A stretch of 64,000 nt of DNA from the human T2T-CHM13v2.0 reference genome, Homo sapiens. Below, piece after piece: positions 26,686 through 39,470 of this stretch. The notes under the pieces were generated by a model. That model was not told the origin of the DNA, made no database searches, and worked only from the letters and a program-made list of their open reading frames with translations. Position 1 is the stretch's first letter, and each line of letters starts with the position of its first letter. Both the position numbers and the translations under genes were made by a program. The DNA is taken from NCBI RefSeq assembly GCF_009914755.1, contig NC_060935.1; one strand, written 5' to 3'.

Positions 26686-27688
26686 TTTTCTTAGTCCATT
26701 TGGGCTGCTATGACTCAATACCTTATCCTGAGTAATTTATAAACAATGGAAATTTATTTCTCACAATTCTAGAGGGTGAGAAGTCTCAGATCAAGGCACT
26801 GGCAGTTACTTTGTGTGTGGTGAGACCTTATTCTCTGCTTCCAAGATGGTGCCTTGTTGCTGCGTCCTCACGTGGTGGAAGTTGAACGGCAGAAGGGGTG
26901 AACTCACTCCCTCAGGCCCTTTTATAAGAGTACTAATTTCATTCACGGGGCAGAGCCCCCATGGCCTAATTGAAGTGGTGTCGTTGTCTGGGGTAAATAC
27001 CCAAGATTTGTTGTGTCATGGCCACAGAAAACTGGGTGCGGACACACCAGAGTGAGGTTAAGGGTGCAAGTTCAATACACAAAAGAAAGAGAAGAGCTCT
27101 CTGTGGCAGAGGGGTCTGGAGAAAATGTGTTGCCACTTCTGCAGTGAAATGCAGAAGGTTTTATAGAGGGGCTTGAGGAGGCGGTGTCTGATTTACATGG
27201 GACACGAAAGATTGGTTGGACCAGGTATGCCATTTACATAGTGTGTGAAAAGCTGGCCACCCCACTCTAATCTTTCATTATGCAGATGGGTTCTCTACCA
27301 GGCCAGTGCCATGTGGCCTGCCTCTTTACTGTCTGGTGTCAAAGAAAAGGGAAGATAGAGCCTCCATGTTGAACATACTTGGCTTCCAGGTAGCCCTTTT
27401 CTATTGACACGGCTGCCAGCATTCACCTGTGCAAGCTTCCAGCTTGCTTATCTATGTCTGCAGCTCAATTTTTCAGGCTGCTCTTTGCTAGAAAAGAAAT
27501 GACTTGGGGGCTGCTTTTTGTTAAAGGGGAAACCTTGCTGAGGATGCTTTTGCCCACACTATCTGTGTAAATAATTTCTTTATTGTGTCATAATCACCTC
27601 CTAAATGACCCAACTCTTAAGACCATCACCGTGGGATTTAAGTTTCAACATATGAATTTTGAAGGACACATACATTCAAACCGTGTCA
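26686..27688 (-). mobile_element. MST-family MaLR LTR split by an ERV1 LTR
   Basis: TCTTAGTCCATTTGGGCTGCTAT...ATGGCCTAAT | TAATCACCTCCTAAA...CATTCAAACC; the halves join once the insert is removed. Confidence 0.87.
26971..27590 (-). mobile_element. ERV1 solo LTR (MER61/LTR9-like)
   Basis: TG...CA termini (TGAAGTGGTGTCGTTGTCTGGGGTAAATACCC...TGTGTCA); exact 4-bp TSD TAAT. Confidence 0.88.
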
Positions 27689-28135
27689 GAATTGTAAAAC
27701 CAAGATAAGGTGGCCTCAAGTATGGGCCACATTTTAAAATTGCATGTATGTTATATCCACGAGGTCCAGCAGCATTATAGGAAGAAGCAAAGGAATCAAG
27801 CTATTACATTATTGAAAGCAAGAGGTAGCATTTCATACGCTTAGAGGTTCACCTAAAAACCAAAGCATCATACATAAAGGCGTCTGGTTATGTGAGGTGA
27901 GGCTGAAGTTTGATTTCACCATGTCTGCTTCTGGGGCCTTCCATCCACATGAACAGGGTGCCAAAAACTCCAAAAGAAGGCAAGTGAAAAACAATTGGGC
28001 AGAGCCTTATCTCCAATCAGTTGTGGAGAAGATGAGACCAAAGAGATCATTTTCTCTGGATGCCTCTCTACACTTCCTTAAGATTTAGGTCATCAAAGCC
28101 TTAGAGCTCCTTGTAGCATCTACTAAGAAATCCTT

Positions 28136-28143
28136 TGTGTGTG

Positions 28144-28187
<44 letters not shown>
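28136..28187 (+). repeat. (TG)n microsatellite
   Basis: Direct inspection. Confidence 0.96.
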
Positions 28188-28188
<1 letters not shown>

Positions 28189-28219
28189 CAACGTTAAGAA
28201 ATACTTAAGTGAAAATTGT

Positions 28220-28710
28220 ATAAGGTAGGTCCGTGAGAGATCGTATCAGTCATTGAATATTTTAAATAGAGGGAATTTAATGCAGGGAATAGGCTCACAG
28301 GGGCTGGATGAGCTGAGAAGCCAAATAGGGGTCAAGGAGGTAACCCAGAGATTGCAGCAGCAGGAAACCACTATCTCTTGTGCGGCTGGAGATAGAAAGA
28401 AGGGATGGCACTCTTAGATCCAGAGAACAGTCACCTTGAAGAAGCTGAAACCACTGCAAACCTGGAGCCAGGGAGGAAACACAGCCTGTGCCAGAGATGC
28501 CAGCCAAGGCAGAGAGGAAGGAGGGATACCTCCTCCTTCTCTCCTCCTGCCCTCCAGTCTCCTGCCAGGGTCCTCATGGCTGGACCGTCAGAGCCCAGCT
28601 GACAAGGGAGTTTGGGAAATACAGTCTGCAGGAGTTGGCCATGTGATACAGTGAAGATGGGAAACAGGGAAGAAAGGTGAGCTGGCAAACAGCCCCAGGA
28701 CTGACATGGT
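28220..28710 (-). mobile_element. Old ERVL LTR (LTR33-like)
   Basis: AGAGGGAATTTAATGCAGGGAAT...GAGGTAACCCAGAGATT..CAGCAGGAAACCACTA...CCAGCTGACAAGGGAG. Confidence 0.65.
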
Positions 28711-29572
28711 ATCATTATTTCATCTTGTTTAGCACAGTTTCACTAATTTGAGGTTTCCGTAGATTATTACTCCATCATTTCCTCCATTGTCAGGCTCTTC
28801 CTTTCTTTGCTTTTTTTTCCTTCTACTTCTGTTCATTTCATGATTTCTTGGCTAATGAGGAAGCAAAATCCTAGTTTTCTGGGACACAGGCTCACTTCTC
28901 TGTTTCTAGAGAGAACCAGCTTGTCTTAAACTAGAGAATGGATTAGAGGTAGAAAGGGTGAGAGTGTCCTCCGCTCCATGGAACCTGCGCTCACCCACTG
29001 ATTAGGTGTATATCATATCAGGAGGTGAATGTAGACAATGAACCAGGGCAGGTGAGGAAGGAAAACAGATTAAGCAGAGGTGACTCACTAAAAACTGTTA
29101 AGATGAGACTGGCCTTCCCATTGGCCGCTCCTTCTCTAAGTATCAGGTGTCCTGTGCTCTTCTCTACTCTATAGCCCCCACGATCCCACAACAGAAACTC
29201 TGTTTCTACCAAACAGGCATGCAAGCAGACACAAGCAGTATCTATGCCTCGAGCAAAGACCACGAGCCGCTTATACCATCCTGCGGGTCTAGTTGAGTAT
29301 TCCTCTCCCAGAGGTACTTGCATTTAAAATTTTATCTCAAGTTATGCAATGAAATGCCTCTATGAAGGAAATAATATGTGTAGGAAGTCTATTTCACCTC
29401 TCAAAGCATATCAGATGCTGGTCTGCTATTCTGCAGGGCAGGCCCTGGTTCTGAAGGGGGTCAGCTAAGACTGGGAGGACAGACAGAGTGAGAGGGAGGC
29501 TAGTGTGGACTACTGGGGAGCCGAGAGTCAGACAGCCTGGAGAGCTGTGCCCGGTGCTCAAAACCACACATT

Positions 29573-30090
29573 TGTCATGGTTAATGTTAGGTGTCAACTT
29601 GGCTGGATTAAGCAGATGCCCAGATAGCTGGTAAAGCATGACTTCTGGTGTGTCTGTGAATGTGATTCCAGTAGAGATTGCCATTTGAATCAGTGAACCA
29701 AGTAAGGAAGATCTGTCCCCACCCAGTGTGGGCGGGAATCATCCAATCAGCTGAGGGTTCAGATAAAACAAAAAGGTGGAGGCAGAAGGCAAATCTGTAC
29801 TGTCTCTCTCTTGTGAAGCTGGGACACCCTTCCTCTCCTACCTTTGGACATCAGAACTCCAGTTCTGTAGCCTCTGGATTCCAGAATTGCATTAGCAGCC
29901 ATTTGTGTCCTCAGGCCTTCAACCTGAGAGTAATAACATTCGCTTCCCTGGTTCTGAGGCCTTGGACTTGGACTAAACCATGCCACAGGACTCCCTGGTT
30001 CTCCAGCATGCAGACAGCTTATGGTAGGACTTCTCAGCCTATATAATCATAAAAGCCAGTCCCCTGATAAATCATCTATCTATTTATCTG

Positions 30091-30136
<46 letters not shown>

Positions 30137-30190
30137 ATCTAGCTATCTGATTTATCTGTCTGTCTACCTAATCTATGTATCCTATTGGCA
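29573..30190 (+). mobile_element. MLT2 (ERVL) LTR
   Basis: TGTCATGGTTAATGTTAGGTGTCAACTTGGCTGGATTAAG start; GGACTTCTCAGCCT..ATAATCA; ATCCTATTGG end. Confidence 0.88.
30074..30136 (+). repeat. (TATC)n tetranucleotide STR inside MLT2
   Basis: Run of TCTA/TATC units with a degenerate extension to ~30180. Confidence 0.95.
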
Positions 30191-32594
30191 CCCTACTCTC
30201 TCTGGCCTCTTGGGTTGTAAGTCACATCTCTTAACATCTGAAAATCTTGGTGGAGTAGATTTTCTGCATTGGATAAGAAAATGAGGCTAGTAAAGCCCCT
30301 TAATGAGATTTATCAGATGCGGTTAGAGGGAGAGTGGTTAGAAACCATACCACTTAAAGCTGCCCAGTTAGCTGAGTCTATCCTGCAGAATCAGGGTGGG
30401 CTCAGCGCCAAGGAAGGCAGAGGGAAAGAAGTAAGGAAGACTAAGTGATAAGGTTATATAAATAAAAATAGAAGGGAAAACATTGCCTTATCCAAAAAGA
30501 ACACATTTACATTTTGATTTCATGTAATATACCTCCTGATCCACAAAGAGAATTCCCTAACCTCCCCATGCTATGTGATACCAGGCAAGGCTAATCCCTG
30601 AGCCCTGGTCAGAACAGCACTCAGAAAAACATCTGTATGGATTTGCTGGCTTTCCTTAACAGGAGGGGCGGCTCAACCCCTTCAGGGCCTTGTGAAGCTA
30701 AATTGCTATCAGGCTGTGCGGGGAAATGCAAGAAGGTTCTTCCTCTGTTACAAATGGGCTCTGTTCTTCCAGACTAGGGCTGCAGAGTATTGGCTGAGGA
30801 TAAGAGCAGCTCAGGTTAGGAGTGAGGACTTCAGTGCAGAAGATCTTAAACTGGACTCTGCTCTAGAGAGAGAATCCATGAAGCACCAAGGACCTGTCCC
30901 ACTCTTGGATGCCCCCACAGGAAAGTGGCCTGGGCAGTTTTTTTTGCTGACAGTGGATATGCGGGGAAGAGAGTCAGTGAGGCCAACCCTATTGTCTGGG
31001 TCATAGTTGGGTCAAGAAACAAATTTTGCTCAACAGGAACAACAAGGAAGTAATGACATAAACCAATCAAATTCTCTCTCGGGGAGGGAGAATGTGTGAT
31101 GTGCCTAGAAAGGAGGGCCCATCAGGCTTAGACTCTGCCGGAAACTTCAATGGGTCCTTTTTCCAGCTCCCAGTGCAGTGTGCAGCATGTCCCCGGCGTG
31201 GGAAGGCTGAATCCTAGTGGGCTGTCCAGATGCTCGGAGGCTTTCTCAGCTGCTCCAGTGCCCCATGTATCTGGACAATGACCCTCGGCCCCAGAGCTAA
31301 TCTGGGCATGGAGCGTTCTTGCGATTCCAAGTCCACTAATAGGATTGTAAAAAATTTTCCACTGTGAGGTGATGATTAGCTACTGTTGCTTCTCATGATC
31401 ACCCTCCCTCCTCCATGCATATATGCCTAGCTTGTTAATGATCTATAAGTCTTCTAAAATGACATCTTAGCTCAAGCATCTTAAAAGTTTTCTGAAATCT
31501 AATGACTATAAGGGACTAGAGCAGAGTCTCTGCAGAACATTTGAGGTCATCCTCTCCAATCAGTGGCATTTTTCAGAGGACCTGCGCCTTCCTTACATGG
31601 ACCCCCGAAGCTGTAGGTACCTGGCCCTGAGTGAGGGGCAGAGCAAGTTTCTCCCTGAGCCTTACATCACCCACCCGCCCCCCGCCCCATGGCAGTGAGC
31701 AGGAGGGTGTGACATTCTGAGGGCATAGGTGCTTGTCATCTTGACCTAAGTTTGCCTTGATATGACTTAGCTACACGTGCTTTGGAAAAAAACAAAAACA
31801 AAAACAAGCCAACCTGGTGAGAAAGCCTGAGATGGGATTGCTTCTCGGCCTTTTGGATAAGTCAGGCGGAGAAAGCCCGTGGTGGGAACTGGAGCAATTC
31901 ACTCTGGGGACTTGTCTGGTGAGGTCTGTTGCTGGCTCCTGTGCGGGTGGACCCTGGAGCGCTGCTCCCTGCCTGCTTAATCCTACTTCCATCACTGAGG
32001 AAAACAAACATTTTGGCCATATTTACGCAGCATTTGAATCACATTTTAAGTCATAATGCCAGGTCATATGACTAGAAGACTAGTGATAGCAAAGAAAGAA
32101 GCACAAAGAGTAGATTACAGGTGTGGCCATGAGATGGGCTCCTGAAGGTCATTTCATCCACCCCCATGTTTCTACCTGTCCTAAGATTTCCAGAAAGAGG
32201 GAAGGACTGGAAGGAGGCACATTGTTTTTAAGTGTCAATTTTTTAAACGGAGAATCTAATTTTCTGGAAGTATTATTGGTTAGACTTTAAAGGAAGGATT
32301 TATGTTCCTATGAATTGTGTAGAAAGGAATTTTAATAACAGAGAGGCAGTGTGAGGCAACATGGGCTGAGATCGTAATTCAGGGACGAAAAGACTTTCCA
32401 GGAGGGATTAGCAGGCACTGCAAACTCCGTTACCAGAAAGCACTTCTATGTACTGGAGTTCTGCAGTGAATACACTTACAGGCATTTATTCACACAGTTA
32501 ATAAATAACCCATCGCTTGCCCTTGCATCGATAATAACCGAGATCTGAATGCTAGGAATCCACACCTTGCTGGCTGCAATTTGATTATGTGGAG

Positions 32595-32839
32595 CAGGGT
32601 TTCTCCACTTGAACCTCCGCACTAGTAATATTTTGAGCTGGGTCATCCATTGTTGGGGTGGGAGCAAGGCTGCTGTCTTGCACACTATACAATGTTTAAC
32701 AGCATCCCTGGTCACTCTCGTTAGAGTATTAACCACTGGTACTCCTCCTCCATAGTTGTGAAAACCAAAATGTTTCCCAACATTGCCAAATGTCCCCTCA
32801 GGGACAAGTCCCTCTCCTCCCCCCATGTTGAGAACCACT
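32595..32839 (-). mobile_element. MER20 DNA transposon
   Basis: CAGGGTTTCTC start; CAGCATCCCTGG; CATTGCCAAATGTCCCCT; GTTGAGAACCACT end. Confidence 0.85.
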
Positions 32840-33949
32840 CATGTAGAGGAATGACATCTTTTTCTCCGATGTTTCCCAACAATTAAGTTAGCTCTTCGGG
32901 GAGTTGCAGAGGGGCAGACGACGTCATTCCCAATAATGCTGATTCCCAGCAGGCTGATGGGAGTGGGACGTGCTGACCACGTGCCTGCCTGAGTTAATGA
33001 TTCCAGTCTGGACAGGAGGAGTGGAAGGTCACTATGGCAGCAGTCAGTTTCACTCCCATCGCAAGCACCTGGGTTTCCCATGAACAGCCCTGATCAAGTG
33101 CTGAGTGGGCCAGATCCTGCTGAGGCTGAGAAAATATGAATTCTGGATTCAAAACATTAACACAACTCATTGGCAACAGGCAGTGGCTAGAACAGAGATG
33201 AATAATTACACCACCTCCCTAGAAGAACCCTCTTATTTTTACAGGAAAGAAAGCTCTGTGTGCTGAAGCAGAGGAATGGAGAAATGTTGTCCACATAAAA
33301 AAAAATGCTCCCCAAACATGTGACATTACCCCAAGGGCTCTGAACAGAGGCACAGAACATCAAACACAGAAAAACAAAAACCTCTTGGCTCTATAGACAT
33401 AGTGGATGCTTGCTCTACATTTGAAAAAAAAAATGTATCTGTGGTCAGCAACATCTGAGTGCTGTTGGATGAGGTAACCCTGGGGTTGCCATGGACACAT
33501 ATTTCCTAGTGGTGCCTGCATCATGAAACTGCATGAAGTTGCTTCTCATCTGCAGCTGAATGCCTCAATATTGAGGGAAGAGAGTCATTTGCAAACCAAG
33601 ACATACCACAAAAGAGAACAAACCTGTTGCAACAGGGAGACTCTCCAAGCCCTTTCCATCAACAGATTTCAAAGATCAGTTTGGACCCAAGGAGACTGAT
33701 GTGGGGACAGCAGTAGTTTCTGAGCATGCAGCAAAGGTGAGACAGAGGCAGAGTAGAATCAAATATGCATGAAACAGGCATGCAAGTCTCCACCATGCTA
33801 GCAGCCCACATCCAAAGAGGCATCTGTTTTGAGCACCCCTCTTTTGACGTGGAAGCTGGCCCCTATGCTCTGTCTTGCATTTTGTATTCACAAAAGAGGA
33901 AACATTTCTATAGCCACAATGGACTAGAAAACACTTAAAAAATCCACAT

Positions 33950-34749
<800 letters not shown>

Positions 34750-34750
<1 letters not shown>

Positions 34751-34852
34751 TTAAAAAAATTCAACTTTTATTTTAGATACAGGGGGTGCATGTGCAGGTT
34801 TGTTACATGGGTATATTGTACCCAGGTAGTGAGCATAGTAGTAATAGGTAGC
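34750..34852 (-). mobile_element. Short L1PA/L1PB 3' terminus
   Basis: CAACTTTTATTTTAGATACAGGGGGTGCATGTGCAGGTTTGTTACATGGGTATATTG...CCCAGGTAGTGAGCATAGTA. Confidence 0.85.
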
Positions 34853-34855
34853 ATT

Positions 34856-34981
34856 ACCCCTCGGCTATCTTGCCTCTGCGGGTTTTCTCTCCATGTATGG
34901 GAAATCTGCCACATGTCCCAGCCCTAGCCATCTTTCAAGCCCCTTCCTTTCTGTAAAGCTTTCTCTGATCCTGACATATTG

Positions 34982-35024
<43 letters not shown>

Positions 35025-35163
35025 AGGCTATACCTATACATCTTTCTCATTCCTCTGAGGTCTCTTTGCATGTGACATTGCATCTCTCCCCACCAAAACA
35101 TAGACTCTATTTCTCTATGCTTTGAATCTCGGGCTTGACCATGTGGCTTGTTTTGGCCAATGG
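34856..35163 (+). repeat. Local duplicate of 37069-37360
   Basis: Direct alignment; about 15 substitutions outside the A tract. Confidence 0.95.
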
Positions 35164-36204
35164 CCGATATTGTTACATGGGTATATTGTACCCAGGTAGT
35201 GAGCAATAGGTAGCTTTAGAAAATACTGTTGAGGGTAAGACTCGACTGCATTCATGGGGCCTGAATTCTGCTGAAGTATATTTCATAAGAAATCAGGCTG
35301 TGGTGCCTAACTCATACATATGCAAGTGGTGATAGGACGCTGCTGCGTGGGTGTTTCTCACAAGGAGCAATGTCGAGGGGATCCAAGACAGGCGCATGAA
35401 CGTTTCTAGATGAAACTCAGGACACTGCCAGTCCCAGTGGCTTTCTCTCTAAGGATGAACTCATACCCAGGGAAGACTGGAATCAGCCTTCAACAAGTGG
35501 TGCCTTGTGGTTGATGTGTCTGCTTCCAATAAGGCAAGTTTTACAGTCTGTCAGTGGGCTGACTGCAGAGTTATAAATGTTGATCTCATAAAAAAGAAAC
35601 ATGAGTGGTTGACACATCACATTGTATCTGTGTCGTTCTGTGCTCTGGCAGCTAGACCAGCTCTCACTTACAGCAACGGAGGCGACATAAAAGCAGAATA
35701 ATCAGATTTTAATTATAATGGGGATTTCTCCATCCCATGGGGCTCTGGAGGGCAGGACTATTGTGTGACTTCTGGTTTCCAGGGAAATATATTTTCCTGT
35801 GCCACTGCTGAGATGCACTTTGTAAATGCTCCCCAAAGAAATACTGCAGAATGGGATGGCTTCTGGCTTTTAATAACCAGAGTGAGAACTGATAAAATAT
35901 TTGAAAGAAATGATAACTGAAGAAATACATAGACTTCAAAATAACACTTTTAAGCTCTCAAGACTTTACCAAATCAAAGCATTTGTCTGCAAATATGATG
36001 GCTTCAGTCTCCACTTTATGGTATGTCTAATTGCTAGAAGAGGTAGAGAAAGAACAGCTCATCTTAAGAACAACTCCTCCCCTGAATGCCCACTACATTT
36101 GAGGCTCTGCCTCACTTTGCTTCCTGGCAAGATATACTTCCATCCATGGTCTCCCTGTCCTTTTCAAGACTTTATTCCAGCCATTGTTCTACCCAGGGAT
36201 GCAA

Positions 36205-36487
36205 GGGAGAGAATCTCCCATCTCTGATGCGGGGAACTCTACATAACCTGATGAAGGGGACAGAACCATTCATCACCTGGTGCAGGAGACAGGACTGTCC
36301 ATCATCTGAAACAGGGACAGAATCACCCTTCACATGAAATGCAACACAATCATCCACCACTAGATGCAGAGGACAGAACCACCTATCAATCACCTGATGC
36401 AGGGGGCAGAATCACCAATCATCTGATGCAGGGGGCAGACCCATCTATCACCTGATGCAGGGACAAGGCCATTCAAAACCTGAGGAG
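36205..36487 (+). repeat. Degenerate minisatellite, ~28-29-bp unit, ~10 copies
   Basis: Recurring unit ~ATCACCTGATGCAGGGG(A/G)CAGAACCATC. Confidence 0.88.
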
Positions 36488-37219
36488 AAAGAGAATTACC
36501 CTTAAATCTCAGCCTGGATGGGGAAATCCTTAGGATCTGAGGCTGCTCCAGGGACCTATCTTCTCTCTGTGTCTGCTTCTCTCTTTTCATCTGCTCCTTC
36601 TCTGCTCTCTGCCAGCTGACCTCCTCACCCTCAGCTCCCACATGTCCAGTTTGAACAGGGTTTTGGATGCCCTGTTTGTCACTGAACCTCAATGTGCCCT
36701 TCACCTTCACCTCTGCTGTTCATGCCTCCATCTCCCAGATTCCTCTTCCCAGCTTATCTCTCTCAGCTCAGCTTTTCAGGACAGGCCATAGTAGGTCTTT
36801 GGAAGCCTGTAGACTGGCTACCGTAGGTCCTTTGACTGTTGAGTCAGTGGTGGTGGCACTGCAGAAACAGGAGGAAACAGGCACAGCTGCAGGTGGAGCA
36901 TGTTCTCTTGGGAGGGCTGTGCCCCTAAAGTGGAGGTCAACCTCTTAGAAGGCCATTGGAGACCATCCAAGTTCTTAAAGACAACACTCCATCTCCTCCA
37001 TGATTGTGTTCCAACTTACTTTCCCAACCTTCCACTAGCCCAGAGGAAGCATTTGCTGGGCCTTGCAAACCCCTCAGCTATCTTGCCTCTGCGGGCTTTC
37101 TCTCCATGTATGGGAAATCTGTCACATGTCCCAGCTCTAGCCATCTTTCAAGCCCCTTCCTTTCTGTAAAGCTTTCTCTGATCATGACTTACTGAAAAAA
37201 AAAAAGAAAGAAAAAAAAA

Positions 37220-37678
37220 GAAGGCTATACCTATACATTTTTCTCATTCCTCTGAGGTCTCTTTGCATGTGATATGGCATCTCTCCCCACCAAAAGGTAG
37301 ACTCTATTTTTCTATGTTTTGAATCTTGGGCTTGACCATGTGGCTTGTTTTGGCCAATGGACATTAGCAAAGGGGACACAGGGAGGAGCTTAAAAGAGTA
37401 TGCTCAGGGCTTTCTCTCTCTCTTGCTGGTAGAAACCTTTCATGAGAGGAAACTAGACTAGACTTCTGGAGAATAAGAGGCCATATACAGAGAGGTCACA
37501 TCTTTCCCAGTCATCCTAAACATGTGAATGAGACCATGCTCAGTCATCCAGCTCTACTGAGCCAACCCTGAGCAGAACTGCCCAGCCCACTGCAGAACTG
37601 TGAGAAGTAATAAGTATGTATTGTTTTAAGCCACTAAATCTTGGAGTGGTCTGTTATGTGGCAAAAACAAACTGATGT
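37220..37678 (+). mobile_element. MLT1 (F/G/H-like) MaLR LTR
   Basis: TTGAATCTTGGGCTTGACCATGTGGCTTGTTTTGGCCAATGG...TTGTTTTAAGCCACTAAATCTTGGAGTGGTCTGTTATG. Confidence 0.8.
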
Positions 37679-37941
37679 GCCATCCCTCCCCATTTCCCAT
37701 GCTGGAATCTCTCTCCCTTCTGGAACCCCATAGTATTTATCAGTATCTTTCATTAAGTATCTGTCGCCTTCTACATTTTCTCATGATTGTCTGTGGAAAT
37801 ACTTAACATGTATGGGAGAATAAACTACTTGAGGGCTGAGTGCATTCTCAATTCATTTTTTTATTTCTTCCAAGCTCTAGTCTTGTAGCATCTGATTGAT
37901 CCCTGACACAAAGCAAGCCCTAAAATGTATATGCAGGAATG

Positions 37942-38160
37942 AGAAGCAATGTGGAACAGTGATTTAGAACACCAGTGTTGGAATATCTGAGTTAAAATCC
38001 CAGTTCTGCTACTTACTAACTGTGTCTTCTTGGGCAAATTATTAAACCATTTTATTTCGCCGCAGTTTCCTCATCTCTAAAAACGGCATAATACTGCAAC
38101 CTACATCATGAATTACTGTGAGGATTACTTGAGTTGATGTAAGTTGTTAAATATCAATAA
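37942..38160 (+). mobile_element. MIR
   Basis: AATCCCAGTTCTGCTACTTACTAACTGTG..TTGGGCAAATT..CAGTTTCCTCATCT. Confidence 0.8.
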
Positions 38161-39051
38161 ATGACAGGCACCTAGTGCTGCATCTGGCCCACCCAGCATG
38201 ACGAGGCCACACCATGGTCCTCTCGGTTCTCTACAGCCACCAAATGTCATCTTGTCTCTCATCTACTGAGTGACAGGATCTACTGGCAACCCACTGATCC
38301 GATAATCCAGCATGAAGAGAGATGGCTGGACTCTCCCCAGGCTCTTCTCCCTCTATGGAGCAGAGGGGTATCTATTTAAAAGGGAGCCTTCAGGAGGTAG
38401 GTGGTAAATGCAGGCCTTTCAAGACTTTAGGACAAGCTGCAGGTGCCTGCTCTATCTTGCATGACTCCAGTGATACTGGGAAGATTATGGTATCTCTCTC
38501 CATCTCCATTCCTTCCTCTATAAAATAGGGGTAACTATATCTGCCTCACAGGATTGGCACGGGGCATAACTGTGCACGGCTCAATTAAGAACAGCCTTTA
38601 CTACTAGTTTTCCTCCCCTCTTATCTCAGACACTTGCATCTCCACTGCAATGGTCCTGGCTATGTGGTCTTGCCTGAAGGAGACCTTAATTAACACTGGA
38701 TATCTGCCAAAGGCCCCATTATAAATTCACCTAAATTTAGGACTGTCTGGAAATACCTTCATCTCCTGTGACCTTAGTTTTGACTTCCACCTCCATATAT
38801 GGTGGCCATTTGCACAGCTGTAAAACAGGGCTGTGGCACATGACCACGTCTCCTCCATCCTTGGCTTGCCACAAGCTGCAGACCTGCACTGAATGTCAAT
38901 CAGAACATGAAAGAGGGTGGTGCTGGAGAACACGGCTGCAGCAGACTCGATTTAACCTTCTAAACATCTTCCGAACTCTTCATTGCTATGGCTACCACTG
39001 TAGTCCAAGCTCCTATCATGTCTTATCCAAACAGCTGCCACTGCCTCCATC

Positions 39052-39470
39052 TCACCCTAAGACACATTCGGAAAGCAGAGCCTACAACAAAGGCTTCTGT
39101 GCTCGTTGCTTACTGAGGAGCAGCCCCAGGAATCAGAAGTGAGGGGTAGGCAGAGTGGAAAAAGAGGGATGGACAATACTGGGTGTGTAAGTGAGGTTAC
39201 TGGTTGGGCACATAGAGCCTACCTGGAACCTTCTGAGCCTTCACCATCCCCTGCACCTTGTTGAGGGTTGCTCCTGGAAGCATGAACTCCCCTCACTTCC
39301 AGATTGTGCCTATGCATGGGCCAACAGAGCTCATGCAACTGGAAGCTCTGGGGAAGAAAGCACTTGAGGTTGGGGTTGTTAGTGTGAGGTGGGGTGAAGC
39401 AAACGTGGAAGTTTCCCCCCTGGCTGCAGCTGGACTCAAAGGTGAGACTGAGTGGGCATGGGCCAGGCAC
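39052..39470 (-). mobile_element. LTR16-like ERVL LTR inside an L2 remnant (L2 ~38900-39870)
   Basis: GGAAAGCAGAGCCT..ACAAAGGCTT...CCCCAGGAATCAGAAGTGAGGG; L2-like flanks on both sides. Confidence 0.55.

Noticed and set aside
36205-36487. CRISPR-like array
   Set aside because: Head-to-tail diverged repeats with no unique spacers and no cas genes, in primate DNA.
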